A DNA stretch of 64,000 nucleotides from the human T2T-CHM13v2.0 reference genome, Homo sapiens: the NCBI GenBank assembly GCA_009914755.4, contig CP086569.2, positions 1,216,001 through 1,280,000 on the forward strand, written 5' to 3'. The notes under the pieces are model-generated. The model was not told where the DNA came from. It was given only the letters and a program-made list of their open reading frames with translations, and ran no database searches. Positions 30,240 through 46,246 of the stretch are shown here, in pieces. Every line of letters begins with the position of its first letter. The first letter of the stretch is position 1. The position numbers were made by a program, and so were the translations under genes.

Positions 30240-31385
<1,146 letters not shown>

Positions 31386-31526
31386 AACTGGAACTGTGAT
31401 TTTGATAGTACCCACAAGGCAGGATTCTCTTAAAAACAGCTATGCCACCATGTATTATTGTCTATGAAGTTATCTCCAACACTCAGCTTGCTGAGAGCCT
31501 CAGCATTTCAAGATTGTGCAGGACTG

Positions 31527-32998
<1,472 letters not shown>

Positions 32999-33919
32999 AA
33001 CAGATTCTTTTTACTATGGCTGGGATTTCTGGAGAGCACGGGAGAGCCGGCTCTGGAACCCCAGGGCTGTAGTCTCTGTGGCCCTGCCGTGCGCTGACAC
33101 CAAGGCCCAAGGTTCGGCCCGGTAGAGATTCAACACGGCTTTTCTTGCCCCGCAATGAATGTTTGAGCAGAAAGAGCTTGAAGGAAGCTGTCGTGCCTCG
33201 CGGTGGGTACCCCTTGTGGTGGATTCTCACGGGTGAACCCGCGGACACACAGCTGCCACTCTGGGGACCCCGAGCGACTCCACTGTTCATGCTGGAATGG
33301 GGGCTGGAGTGGCCCTCGGGAGCTACAGGAGGTGGAGAGGAACGCAGGGTGTCACGCCTGTTTCAGTTTCCCCAAGATTCACGCTGAAAACGCCCCTCTC
33401 CCAAGTGATGGCGTTGGGAAGTGGGGGTCTTTGGGAGTCATGAGGCCTCATGGATGGGATCAGTGCCCTTACAGAAAGGACTCCAGAGAGCACCCTGGCC
33501 TCATCCATCATCTGAGGACACACAGGGAGAAGGCGCCATCTAGAAGCCAGGAACTGGGTACTCACCAGAGACTGAATCTACCATACCTTGGTTTTCTGGG
33601 ACCTCCAGCCTCCAGAGCTGAGACATGAGATCATACAAATGCTCTCAGAGAGGGTACAGTAAGTGCAGGTGCCCTGGGGTCCTCCAGCATTTATCAGGGA
33701 GCCCGGCTACACTTCTGCCAGCCTTGGTTTCTACCCCCCGCCTCTTCCCAGCTGTGACCCTGCCCTCTGTGCCCCAGGGGTGCTGGGGAGGAGGCAGCAC
33801 TGCAGACCAGGAACGTGGGCCAGCCACGGGCAGAGCGTGGCCCCATCTGCGTCCCGTGGGCCCAGCGCCCATCTCCAGACCCCAGGCCGCCCTGTGGAGA
33901 GGTGCGTGGCCAGGCAGGA

Positions 33920-34370
33920 GGACCTCTGCGTCCTCTGTTTATTGTTTTGCAGCAGGAGGCCCAACATAGAACATACTCGCCAGTACTCGGCTGTGCAAAA
34001 CAGGGGCTAGCGCTGAAGTACAAATGGGAAAACGTGATTCTTTTGTTTTAAATAAATACTTAGAACACGACTTGGCTCCTACAAGCATCTGGACTCTAGG
34101 TCTCAGTACTGGAGTGTCTCACCCATGGGCCCCACGCAGGGACGCCACGGTTCCCTCCCACCCCGTGATCAAGACACGGAATCGGCTGCCGATGGTTGGA
34201 TCGCAATGCGCCCCTTTTCTAGAGCCTTCCCCGGCCATCTACAGGCAGGATGCGGCTGGGAAAAAGACAACTGGAATTTCTCGAAGGTTGATGGTCCGCA
34301 CGGTTGAGGATTCTACGTGGTTCTCTTGGTTCCCCTGGTGTGTGTGTGTGTGTGGAGGAGGCCGCGGCCC
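33920..34370 (-). other. SLC25A6: SLC25A6 3' UTR
   Basis: Lies between the stop codon (34371-34373 on minus) and the minus-strand AATAAA at 33938-33943. Length of about 450 nt fits a roughly 1.4-kb mRNA. Confidence 0.6.
33938..33943 (-). terminator. SLC25A6: polyadenylation signal AATAAA for SLC25A6
   Basis: Plus-strand tttatt at 33938-33943 reads AATAAA on minus. It is the only such hexamer within 450 nt 3' of the stop. Confidence 0.55.
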
Positions 34371-34528
34371 TTAGATCACCTTCTTGAGCTCGTCGTACAG
34401 GACCAGCACGAAGGCGCCCCCCATGCCCCGCAGGACGTTGGACCACGCACCCTTGAAGAAGGCCTTGCCCCCCTCATCTCTGAAGATCTTCCTCCAACAG
34501 TCGACGGTGCCCGTGTACATGATGTCAG
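34371..34528 (-). CDS. SLC25A6: SLC25A6 (ANT3) exon 4 coding part, (A)[51 protein letters not shown]
   Basis: Reverse-complement translation matches the ADP/ATP translocase C-terminus. Acceptor gttgcag on minus. Stop TAA at 34371-34373. Confidence 0.93.
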
Positions 34529-34940
34529 CTGCAACGACAGGGAGACAGTGAGGGCCTCGCCGCCAAGCTCTTCAAGACACGGACGCCACCTGCACCCACA
34601 AAGACGTTTCACAGAAATAACACCCCAGACGCCTGAGCCACAGTTCTGATTACAGGAGGGATACCTGAGGCTCCCCCAGCTCAAGCCCTCCTCCTAAGCC
34701 ACTGTCTCAGGGAGGGCTGGACACAGGACTTCAGGCCCCGCCCTGGGTGTCCCCCATCTCCACCCCGGGGTCCATGCAGAGAAGGCAGGATCGAGGGTGT
34801 GGGTGCAACCAGAGGTTCTAGGAGGCGGGGATTTAGAAACTGCCGCCCGGACCATGAAACCCCAAAAAGATCAGAAGCCCATCGTTCAGGAAAATCCTTC
34901 CACACAGCCAGGTTACTTTCGGACACACTTGCTTGTCTCA

Positions 34941-35264
<324 letters not shown>

Positions 35265-35494
35265 TCACGGCCCCCTGAGGTGGTGCCGAGCTCTTCCGAG
35301 ACCACCAGTGCCCCCTCCACGTGGCTGCTCAGTGCCAGCTGACGTTTACAACACGAGAGGTCGGGGCAGGGCCAGAGGGGAAAAGGCCGCCTGCCACCTA
35401 CCGGAGCCCAGCAAGACAGTCCCAGAGGCCGGGGTTAGGCCTGTTTGGGGAAGGGAATAGGGCCCTGACCTTCTGAAGGGTCACCGTTACTATG

Positions 35495-36940
35495 GGAGTT
35501 ACACTCTGTCCTCAAAATCCACATGCTGAAGTCCCACCCCCACCCCAGGACCTCAGAATGCAACTGTACTTGGATATAAGGTCTTGAAAGAGGTTAGACT
35601 AAAGGAGGCCAGTAGGGTGGGCCCTGATCCTACGACCCCAGTGTCCTTCTAAAAAGAGATGAGGACACAGACACACGGAGGGATGACCCTGTGAGGACAC
35701 AGGGAGAAGACGGTGTCTACAAGCCAAAAAGAGAGGCCTCAGAAGGAACCAGCCCTGCCCACTCCTTGATGTCAGACTTCCAGCCTCCAGGACTCCGGGA
35801 GAATCAATGTCTGCTGTTTGTAAGCCACCCAGTCTATAGTATTGTTTTAGGAGCCTGAAATGGACTAAGACACCTCATAAGAAGAGCAGATAAGGACACA
35901 GACACACACAGAGGGATGACCTTGTGAGGACACAGGGAGAAGACGGCGTCTACAAGCCCAGGAGAGAGGCCTCAGGAGGAACCAGCCCTGCCCCACACCT
36001 TGATCTCAGACTTCCAGACTCCAGGATTATGGAAGAATCAATGTCTGTTGTTTACAGTCCACCCACTCTATGGTATTCTGTGATAGCAGCCTCAAATGGA
36101 CTAAGACATCTCATCAGAAGAGGACACGAGGACACAGACACACACAGAGGGACGACCCTGTGAGGACACAGGGAAGACGGCGTCTCCAAGCCCAGGAGAG
36201 AGGCCTCAGGAGGAACCAGCCCTGCCCACACCTGGATCTCAGACTTCCAGCCTCCAGGACTGTGGGAGAATCAATGTCTGTTGTTTCTAAGTCACCCAGT
36301 CTATGGTGTTCTGGGATGGCAGCCTGAAATGGACTAAGACATCTCATAACAAGAGATGAGGACACAGACACACACACAGGAAAAAGCCTGAGAAGACAGC
36401 ATCTCCAAGCCCAGGAGAGAGGCCTCAGGAGGAACCAGCCCTGCCCATGCCTTGGTCTCAGACCTTCAGCCTGCAGGACTGTGGGAGAATCAATGTCTGC
36501 TGTTTACAATCCACCCAGTCTATGGTATTCTGTGATAGCAGCCTGAAATGGATTAAGACATCTCATAACAAGAGGAGATGAGGACACAGACACACACAGA
36601 GGGACGACCCCGTGAGGGCACAGGGAGAAGACGGCATCTACAAGCCTAGGAGAGAGGCCGCAGGAGGAACCAGCCCTGCCCACACCTGGATCTCAGACCT
36701 CCAGCCTCCAGGACTGTAGGAAAATCAATGTCTGTTGTTTATAGTCACCCAGTCTATGGTATTCTGTGATAGCAGCCTGAAATGGATTAAGACATCCCAT
36801 AAGAAGAGAGGATGAGGACACAGACACACACAGAGGGATGATGCTGTGAGGGCACAGGGAGAAGACGGCGTCTCCAAGTCCAGGAGAGAGGCCGCAGGAG
36901 GAACCAGCCCTGCCCACACCTTATCTCAGACCTTCAGCCC
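35495..36940 (+). repeat. Diverged paralogue of the MaLR-derived array: LTR 5' part plus about 5.5 tandem roughly 233-bp units
   Basis: Same unit and orientation as 17346-24895 but about 15-20% diverged, closer to an unmodified LTR (caatgtctgttgtttacagtccacccagtctatggtattctgtgatagcagcc). Lies in SLC25A6 intron 2 and ends about 70 bp from the exon 2 donor. Confidence 0.85.
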
Positions 36941-37009
36941 ACGGGACCCTGGGGGAACGTCTGTGTGTTGAGCCCGTCTCTGGGACTTCGCGATGGCAGC
37001 CACACGTAC

Positions 37010-37496
37010 CCTTGGCCGTATCGTACACGCCGAAGTAGGCCGCCCGGTAGATGATGATGCCCTGCACGGAGACACTGAAGCCCTGGTACAGGCCCCGGAT
37101 GCCGTCGGACTTGGTGATCTTCACCAGGCAGTCTCCCAGGCCTCGGAACTCGCGCTCTGTGCCTGACTTTCCCACGTCCGCTGCCAGGCGGGTTCTGGCG
37201 AAATCCAGCGGGTACACGAAGCAGAGGGAGGTCGCGCCGGCCGCACCGCCGGAGGCCAGGTTGCCCGCAAAGTACCTCCAGAACTGCGTGTGCTTGTCCA
37301 CGCCCCCCAGGAAGATCTGCTTGTACTTATCCTTGAAGGCGAAGTTGAGGGCTTGAGTGGGGAAGTAGCGAATGACGTTGGCAAGGTTGCCCCTCCAGAA
37401 GGACAGCACGCCCTGCTCCTTGGGGATGCGGACAATGCAGTCCACGATGCCCTTGTACTGCTTGTCGGCGGCGATCTGCTTGCTGGCGTGCTGGAC
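37010..37496 (-). CDS. SLC25A6: SLC25A6 exon 2 (487 nt), [163 protein letters not shown]
   Basis: Minus-strand acceptor cgtcccccag at 37506-37497 and donor gtacgtgtg at 37009-37001. Carries mitochondrial carrier signature motifs. 487 nt is the canonical ANT exon 2 size. Confidence 0.95.
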
Positions 37497-37954
37497 CTGG
37501 GGGACGCAGAGGGTGTTCAGACCAGACCCAGGGCCAACCACCCAGAAACATCCCAGCTACAGGGTGCATCCTTTTTTTGACACAAGTCACTCTTGTTGCC
37601 CAAGCTGGAGTGCAATGGGGTGATCAAGTGATTCTCCTGTCTCAGCCTCCCGAGTAGCTGGGACTATAGGCGCCCACCACCACGCCCGGCTAATTTTTTT
37701 GCTTATTTAGTAGAGACGAGCGTTCCACCATGTTAGTCAGGATGGTCTCGATCTGCTGACCTCGTGAGCCACCGCACCCGGCTCTTTCTTTTTTTAAAAA
37801 GACAAGGTCTCATGCTGTTACCCGGGTTTGAGTGTAGTGGTGCGATCTCACCTCACTGCAGCCTCCAACTCCTGGATTAAGCCATCCTCCCGCCTCAGTC
37901 TCCCGAGTACCCGGGTCTACAGATGCACAACCATCAAGCTCCACTAAGTTGAAA

Positions 37955-39135
37955 AATTACTTTTAGAGATGGAGTCTTGCTACGATGACCAAGCTGCTCT
38001 CAAACTCCTGAGCTCAGGTGATCCTCCCTGGGCCTCTTGAAGCGCTGGGACATCCCGCCCTGCTAAGTTTAAAAAAATTTTTTAAGCCGGGCACAGTGGC
38101 TCATGCCTGTAATCTCAGCACTTTGGGAGGCTGAGGTGGGTGGATCACGACGTCAGGAGATCAAGAGCATCCTAACACGGTGAAACCCTGTCTCTACTAA
38201 AAATACAGAACATTAGCAAGGTGTGGTGGCAGGTGCCTGCTAGGGAGGCTGAGGCAGAATGGCGTGAACCCAGGAGGCGGAGGCTACAGTGAGCCGAGAT
38301 CGTGCCACTGCACTCCAGCCTGGGCGACAGGGAGAGACTCCATCTCAAAAAAAAAAAAAAGGTTTTTTTAAGATGTGGGGTCTTGCTATGTTACTCTGGC
38401 TGGTCTCAAACGATCCTCCCTGGGCCTCTCCAAGTGCTGGGACACCCCGCCCTGCTAAGTTTAAAAAATTTTCTTAGAGACGGGGTCTTGCTACGTTGCC
38501 CTGGCTGGTCTCAAACTCCTGGGCTCAAACGATCCTCCCTGGGCCTCTCCGAGTGCTGGGACACCCCGCCCTGCTAAGTTTAAAAAATTTTCTTAGAGAC
38601 GGGGTCTTGCTATGTTGCCCTGGCTGGTCTCAAACTCCTGAGCTCAAACGATCCTCCCTGGGCCTCTCCGAGTGCTGGGACACCCCGCCCTGCTAAGTTT
38701 AAAAATTTTTCTTAGAGACGGGGTCTTGCTATGTTGCCCTGGCTGGTCTCAAACTCCTGAGCTCAGGCGATCCTCCCTGGGCCTCTCAAAGTGCGGGGAC
38801 ACCCCGCCTGCTAAGTTTTAAAAATTTTCTTAGAGATGGGGTCTTGCTATGTTGTCCTGGCTGGTCTCAAACTCCCGGGACACGCCACCCTGTACTAGGT
38901 TTAAAAAATTATCTTAGAGATGCGGTCTTGCTCTGTTGCCCAGGCTGGTCTCAAACTCCTGAGCTCACGCGATCCTCTCCGGGCCTGTCAATGCACTGGG
39001 ACGTCCTGCTTCGTTAAGTTAAAATAATTTTTTTTTGAGGTGAGGTCTTGCTGTGTGGCCCCGGCTGCTCTCAAACTCCTGGCCTCAAGCAATACTCCCC
39101 GGGCCTCTCAAAAGCGCTGGGATCGCGGGCGTGAC
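37955..39135. repeat. 120-bp tandem repeat, about 8 copies, derived from an Alu fragment and interrupted by a later sense Alu (38088-38355)
   Basis: Unit ttaaaaaattttcttagagacggggtcttgctatgttgccctggctggtctcaaactcctgggctcaaacgatcctccctgggcctctccgagtgctgggacaccccgccctgctaagt. Lies in SLC25A6 intron 1. Confidence 0.85.
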
Positions 39136-39786
39136 CTGTCCTTGCAGCCAAGCCTATTCATTCCCATCACCGAGCTGTCACTGGGAGTACAACGTTAGCA
39201 AGGACGTCCTGGCGGCAATGTTCCTAGGCATCATGCTACTTTCTATAAGCCTCTCCCAAAAGACAAAAAATGCATTGCTCTGGATCAGAATTGCACAAAT
39301 GAGCTAAGAAGGGGGTAAGAACCACCAATAACCATATCCTGGTTATTCCAGGACACCTGCGGGCAGGCTCGTTGCCCTATTGGCCTTAGAATTACCCTTC
39401 ACGGTGGAGGGAGCAAGAGCAGACACCTGCCAGGCATCCACCGGAAGGGTTGGTCCCAGCCGGGGGACCCGCAGGATTGAGCTCAAGGTCAAGGCCCGCC
39501 AGCCGCAGGGTCCGTCCATGGGCCCTGCTCAGCGCGCATGCGCCCTCCAATCCGTGCCGCATTTCCCCCCGCCCGCCGGGCCCAGTGCGCACGCGTGGAC
39601 GTCGCCACGCCCTGCAGCAGCGGTCACGTGATGCGGCCCCCGGAAGCCGGCGGCGCGTGGACAAAGCGATCGCGGCCTTCCACTTCCGGCGCCCGCCTGC
39701 AAGGCTCTGCTGCCCACGTCCCCGCCCGACCCGGCCACTCGGTTCCCGTCCCCTAGTCCCCGGAGCGGCCGCGCCCGCGTCCCCAC

Positions 39787-39897
39787 CTGCAGCAGCAGCT
39801 TGACCCGCTCGATCGGAGCCACGGCCGTCTTGGAGATGGCGGCGGCGATGCCTCCGGCCAAGAAGTCTTTGGCGAAGGAGATGGCCTGTTCCGTCAT
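39787..39897 (-). CDS. SLC25A6: SLC25A6 exon 1 coding part, [37 protein letters not shown]
   Basis: ATG is the reverse complement of cat at 39895-39897. Minus-strand donor gtgggg at 39786-39781. Total coding 111+487+141+158 = 897 nt, 298 aa plus stop, the ANT3 length. Confidence 0.95.
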
Positions 39898-40080
39898 GGT
39901 GGCAGGGCGGGCAGCGGAACGGGAGGACAGCCGGAGAACGGGCGCGGAGAGTGAATGGAGGGCGTCGCTGGCTCAGCCCTGCCGCCGCCTGGACCGAAAG
40001 GACGGAGCAGCCACCGCGCAGCCGCTAAGACGCCGACGCCACGCCCACTCTCCGCCCCCGCGCCTCCTCGCGCCGCGCTC

Positions 40081-40085
40081 ATTGG
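40081..40085 (-). promoter_or_regulatory. SLC25A6: inverted CCAAT box (proximal copy), about 184 nt upstream of the SLC25A6 ATG
   Basis: Plus-strand ATTGG within gcgctcattggctgcgcc. Flanked by GC boxes. Confidence 0.55.
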
Positions 40086-40187
40086 CTGCGCCGCCAGGCC
40101 CCGCCCCGCACCAGCCTGCGTGCCTCGCCTCTGAGGGCTGCCGGGAATCCCGCTGCGTCCCGCCCCGCACTCCAGCGAACCGCGCCC

Positions 40188-40192
40188 ATTGG
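40188..40192 (-). promoter_or_regulatory. SLC25A6: inverted CCAAT box (distal copy), about 291 nt upstream of the SLC25A6 ATG
   Basis: Plus-strand ATTGG within gcgcccattggctgcgct. Second copy of a roughly 107-bp CCAAT plus cccgccccgcac module. Confidence 0.55.
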
Positions 40193-40834
40193 CTGCGCTC
40201 CCCGGAGACGTCCCGCCCCGCACCCCTAGGTATGCCGGGAGCCAGGCCCCGCCCATGCGCCGTAGGGGCCGCTGGGGGTTCCGCGGCAGCCTTGACCTTG
40301 TGAAGGTCAGGCCGCTGCCAGTACCCGAGCGGGCGGGAGGGCAGCTGCGGAGTCAGAAGCCCACCCTGATGCCCAGTTCGCTCCGAGTGCGTCGTCCGCT
40401 TTCTCCCGGAGGCCGCGGCGACCCCGCCGGGATGTGCGACATGTGGTGCCCCGACCCCCGACCCTTGACCCTTGACCTCCGGGCAGCTCCGACCCTTTCA
40501 ACACTCTCCGGGGTCGTGCGTCGGGAGACCCCGGCCCCTGCCCGCGTGCACCCGGGGGGCCCCGCGCGAAGCCTGCGGCGGCTTCCACGTGGGCGCGGCT
40601 CAGTCCCGCTGCCGATCCGTGACTCCGCGCCGCCCTCCGCGCCCGGCCTAGGTTGGTGGGGGGGGGATCTCTCTGGGCCTCCGTTCTTTGACCCCGCGGT
40701 GCCCTCCGCGCCGGGGCTGGGGGTTCCGTGGGCCGCGCCCACCCGCCCGGGCTCCCCTATTTCCCCGTGTCTGTGCCCGTGTCTGCCCGGCGGGGGCTGC
40801 GGCCGGGGTCCTCCTTCGCGACCTCCCACTCCGC

Positions 40835-41335
40835 CCTTCCTCCCTCCCTCCCTCCCTCCCTCCCGCCTCCCTCCTCCCTCCCTCCCGCCTCCCTCCTCCC
40901 TCCTCCCGCCTCCTCTCCCTTCCCGGCTCTCTCCCGCCCGCCCTTTTCTCCCCGTCTCTTCCTTCCCTGCTTGCCTTTGCTTTTTGCTGCTTTCCCGCCT
41001 CCCTCCTTTTTCTCCCTCTTTCCGTCTCTGCCTTCGTTTCCCTCCCTCCCTTTTTCTTTCATTTCTCTCTCCCTTTCTCCTTCCTTTCTTGCTACCTTTC
41101 TTCCCTCTTTTTCATTTTTTTCTCCCTTCCTTTTTCTGCTTTTCTCCCTCCGCCCTTCCTCTGTTTTTTCTTTGCTCCCTCCCTCTTTTTTCTCCCTCTT
41201 TCCGTCTCTCCTTCCCTTCCTCCCTTTTCTGCCTTTCCCTCCTTCCCTCTCTTTTCCTTTTCCTCTTTATTTCCTGTCTCCCTTCCTCTCGTCCCTTTCT
41301 CCCCTCTCTCTTTTCCGTTTTTTTTTTCTTTTGAG
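40835..41335 (+). repeat. 0.5-kb polypyrimidine (CT-rich) tract, (CCCTCCCTCC)/(TTTCTCCC) type
   Basis: Almost pure C/T on plus. About 0.9 kb upstream of the SLC25A6 ATG, at the CpG island boundary. Confidence 0.9.
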
Positions 41336-41580
41336 ACAGAGTTTCGCTCTTGTTGCCCAAGCTGGAGTGCAAGCTCCGCCTCCCGGGTTCAAGCGATTCT
41401 CCTGCCTCAGCCTCCCAAGTAGCTGGAATGACAGGCATGCGCCACCGCGCCCAGCTAATTTTATATTTTTAGTAGAGACGGGGTTTCGCCATGTTGGTCA
41501 GGCTGGTCTCGAACTCCCGGCTTCAGGGGATCCGCCCACTTCGGCTTCCCAAAGTGCTGGGATGACAGGTGTGTGAGCCA
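41325..41580 (-). mobile_element. Alu (antisense, internally deleted)
   Basis: ttttgagacagagtttcgctcttgttgcccaagctggagtgcaagctccgcctcccgggttcaagcgattctcctgcctcagcctcccaagtagctggaatgacaggcatgcgccaccgcgcc... Confidence 0.85.
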
Positions 41581-41584
41581 CCAC

Positions 41585-42565
<981 letters not shown>

Positions 42566-43439
42566 TCTCTCCTTTGTGTACTGAGAAAATGACAGTCCCC
42601 GGCTGTGGGTGGGCAGGAGTGACCCGCCCCAGAGAGCGGGGTCACCCTGGGTGACTCCTGGGTGCAGCTGTGAGCCCTGCCTGAGGCTTTTCCTGACCTC
42701 TGGGGAGGGCGGCTCAGCCTGGGGCTGGAGGTTGGGGCCAGCTCTGGAGGCTGGAGTGGCTGCTGGGCGGCGGGACGGGTGTCTCAGAAGTCACTGAGGC
42801 ATGGGTAGGTCTAACCTTGGGACATTGCTGTGGGGAGGGCTGTGGAGACCAAGCACATTCCTGAGGCTCTGCCAGGGCAGCGGGGGTGGACAGTGTCCCC
42901 TGAGGACCCAGGACCAAGCCAGGCTCGCTACAGGGGTCCTGGAATAGAGGACAGAGGCCAGGAGCGCTGTGGGTGCTGGGCAGGGGTGGGGAGTTTGCTG
43001 GGGAGCTGCGCCTTACAGACCTGTGTTTGTTTCCCAGCCTCAGCGAGGCCGGGCTGGACGGGGCCCTGGTGCTGGTTTTCAGTGCCTCAGCGAGGCCGGG
43101 ACCAGAGCTGCTATTTCCAGATGAGGCTGGCTCGCATCTGCTCTGGCCGGGGCTCCAGGCCTGAGCCCTGCAACACGGCGTTCCCTTTCCAAGTCTGCAA
43201 AGCCTGTCTTAGGGGAGAGAAGAAGTTTCCTTCCATGCGGGTGGGGACGGCTAACCATGTCCAGACACTGAGACCGGTGCTCTGTGTGCTCAGCCTTCAG
43301 CCTGCACTGGCTTGGTGGCTTGGTGACCCGCCAGCAGGGTGGTGCTGTCTGTGGGCTCTGCTCAAGCTCCTCTCAGAGCCAGGAGGATGCCCGCCTGCTT
43401 GGGCCTGGCTCCCAGGATGTGCTTGGCAAATGCTTCTGG

Positions 43440-44262
43440 GATGGATGGATGGATGGGTGAGTGGATAACGGATGGATGGATAATGGATAGATGGATAATG
43501 GATAGATGGATGGATGGATGGATGATGGATGGATGGATAATGAATGGGTGGGTGGATGGATGGATGTGCTCGATCGGCAAATGCTTCTGGAATGGATGGA
43601 TAATTGGATGGGTAATGGGTGGGTGGATGGATAATGGATGGATGGATGGATAATGGATGGATGGATGGATAATGGATAGATGGATGGATAATGTATAGAT
43701 GGATGGATGATGGATGGATGGATGGATAATGGGTGGATGGATGATGGATAATGGGTGGATGGATGAATAATGGATGCTTCTGGGATGGATGGATAATGAG
43801 TGGGTGGATGGATAATGAATGGGTGGATGGACAGATGGATAGATGGATATGTTTGCTTGGCAAATGATTCTAGAATGAATGGATGGATGGATAATGAATG
43901 GGTGGGTGGGTGGATGGATGGATGCACTCTGTTGGCAAATGCTTCTGGGATGGATGGATGGATAATGGATGGATAGATGGATAATCAATGAGTGGGTGGA
44001 TGGATGGATAGATGGATGTGTTTGCTTGGTAAATGATTCTGGAATGGATGGGTGGATGGATGGATGGATGCGCTCGATCGGCAAATGCTTCTGGAATGGA
44101 TGGATAATTGGATGGGTAATGGGTGGGTGGATGGATGCATGGATAGATGGATGTGCTCACTCAGCAAATGCTTCTGGAATGAATGGATGATGGATGGATG
44201 AATAGATGGATGGATGGATGAATGGATGGATGGATGGATGGATGAATGAATTGCTAATTGGG
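43440..44262 (+). repeat. 0.8-kb (GGAT)n/(GGATAAT)-type satellite punctuated by ggcaaatgcttctgg(g/a)atgg spacers
   Basis: GGATGGATGG runs with a recurrent non-repeat punctuation motif every 100-300 bp. The same 60-bp flank motif recurs inverted at 44915-44975. Confidence 0.9.
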
Positions 44263-44598
44263 GCTGTTTTTCCATACAGAGTGCTGCACGTGGGACTTAG
44301 CCTTGGACACTAACTCCTTTGCCCCTCGTATCTGGGAGGGAACAACACAGTTGCTATGCCTGACTAGGGCATGACCTGGGAGGCCTTTGGGGCCACACAG
44401 CCTCCTTGGGAAAGGAGGATCAGGTGGGCCTCACACCCAGGAATTGGAAGTGGGAGAGACAACAGCTGCTGGGTAGTGGGGGTAGAGCTGTGTCTCTCAC
44501 TGCCCTGCCCCTCCAAGGACCAAGAAGAAAGGAATGAGCCCCGATCCGCCTGCCAGGTACCCACCCATGAGAACCCCTTCTCTGCCAGCATCTGATAA

Positions 44599-45210
<612 letters not shown>

Positions 45211-45289
45211 TAATCATTGCCGAGGCTCTGCCTGTACGAAGTGTGGTCCGGGGAGGGCTGATGAGGCTGCAGGATGAGGGGGCTTGACA

Positions 45290-45560
45290 GACCCCTTTCC
45301 CCAGAAGAGGGCCCCCAAAAGGCATTGCCCCTGAAGAGGGCTCCCCAAGACCTCATCCCTGAAAAGGGACTCCCAGGGTCACCCCCCTGAAAAGGGCTCC
45401 TCAAAAGGCCCCCCGAACGGGGTCCCCCCAAGACTGCCCTCTGAAGGAGGCCCCCGAAGACTTCCCCCGTGAAGGTGCCCCCCAAGACCTGCCCCCTGGA
45501 AGAGGGCTCCCCAAGACCTCTCCCCCTAGAAGAGCCCCCTAAGACTTTTACCCTGGAAAA
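45290..45560. repeat. degenerate 27-30-bp tandem repeat (CCCCTGAAAAGGGCTCCCCAAGACCT-like), about 9 copies
   Basis: Visible periodic recurrence of gaagagggctccccaagacct. Intergenic between SLC25A6 and ASMTL. Confidence 0.7.
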
Positions 45561-45942
45561 GGGCTCTCTGCAAAGCTTCCCTGGACGTGCGCCTTCGAGC
45601 TGGGCAGGTAGGGAGGAGCTGTGTACTCGACATCATCCTTAGGATCTGTTGTCCTCCCGCTTCCCCTGCCCCGGCCCCCAGATGAATCCAGAGGCTGTTT
45701 TAGAGCCAGACGGACACTCCTGGTATGCACCAGACACTCATAGTGCAGTGCTCGCTGAGTAGAGGAGGAGTTAGTGGGTGAACCCGGCCCGCCAGGCTGC
45801 CCTGCACAGAATTCCAGCCTTGTCACCCCACTGGTTTTTAAATCATCACAATCCTCGGGATGTTCTGTGCATGCCACACACAGACTCTTAAGAGTCCAGA
45901 GGTCCTGTTTTTGCACAGTTACTCCAATGAATAAAAAGACGG

Positions 45943-46246
<304 letters not shown>

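Larger units (their letters stand above)
39898..40700 (-). promoter_or_regulatory. SLC25A6: SLC25A6 5' UTR and TATA-less CpG-island promoter with multiple GC boxes (CCGCCC)
   Basis: Extremely CpG-dense, about 75% GC from roughly 39380 to 40700. Many CCGCCC/GGGCGG elements. No TATA box. Immediately upstream (minus sense) of the ATG. Confidence 0.75.

Noticed and set aside
33100-33920. GC-rich unique segment with overlapping 75-141-aa ORFs on both strands between IL3RA and SLC25A6 3' ends
   Set aside because: No homology. ORFs overlap on both strands as expected for GC-rich DNA. The region is best explained as the SLC25A6 downstream flank.
43297-44275. His/Pro/Ser/Ile-rich minus-strand ORFs (up to 240 aa) and Trp/Met/Asp/Gly-rich plus ORFs
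   Set aside because: Translations of the (GGAT)n block.
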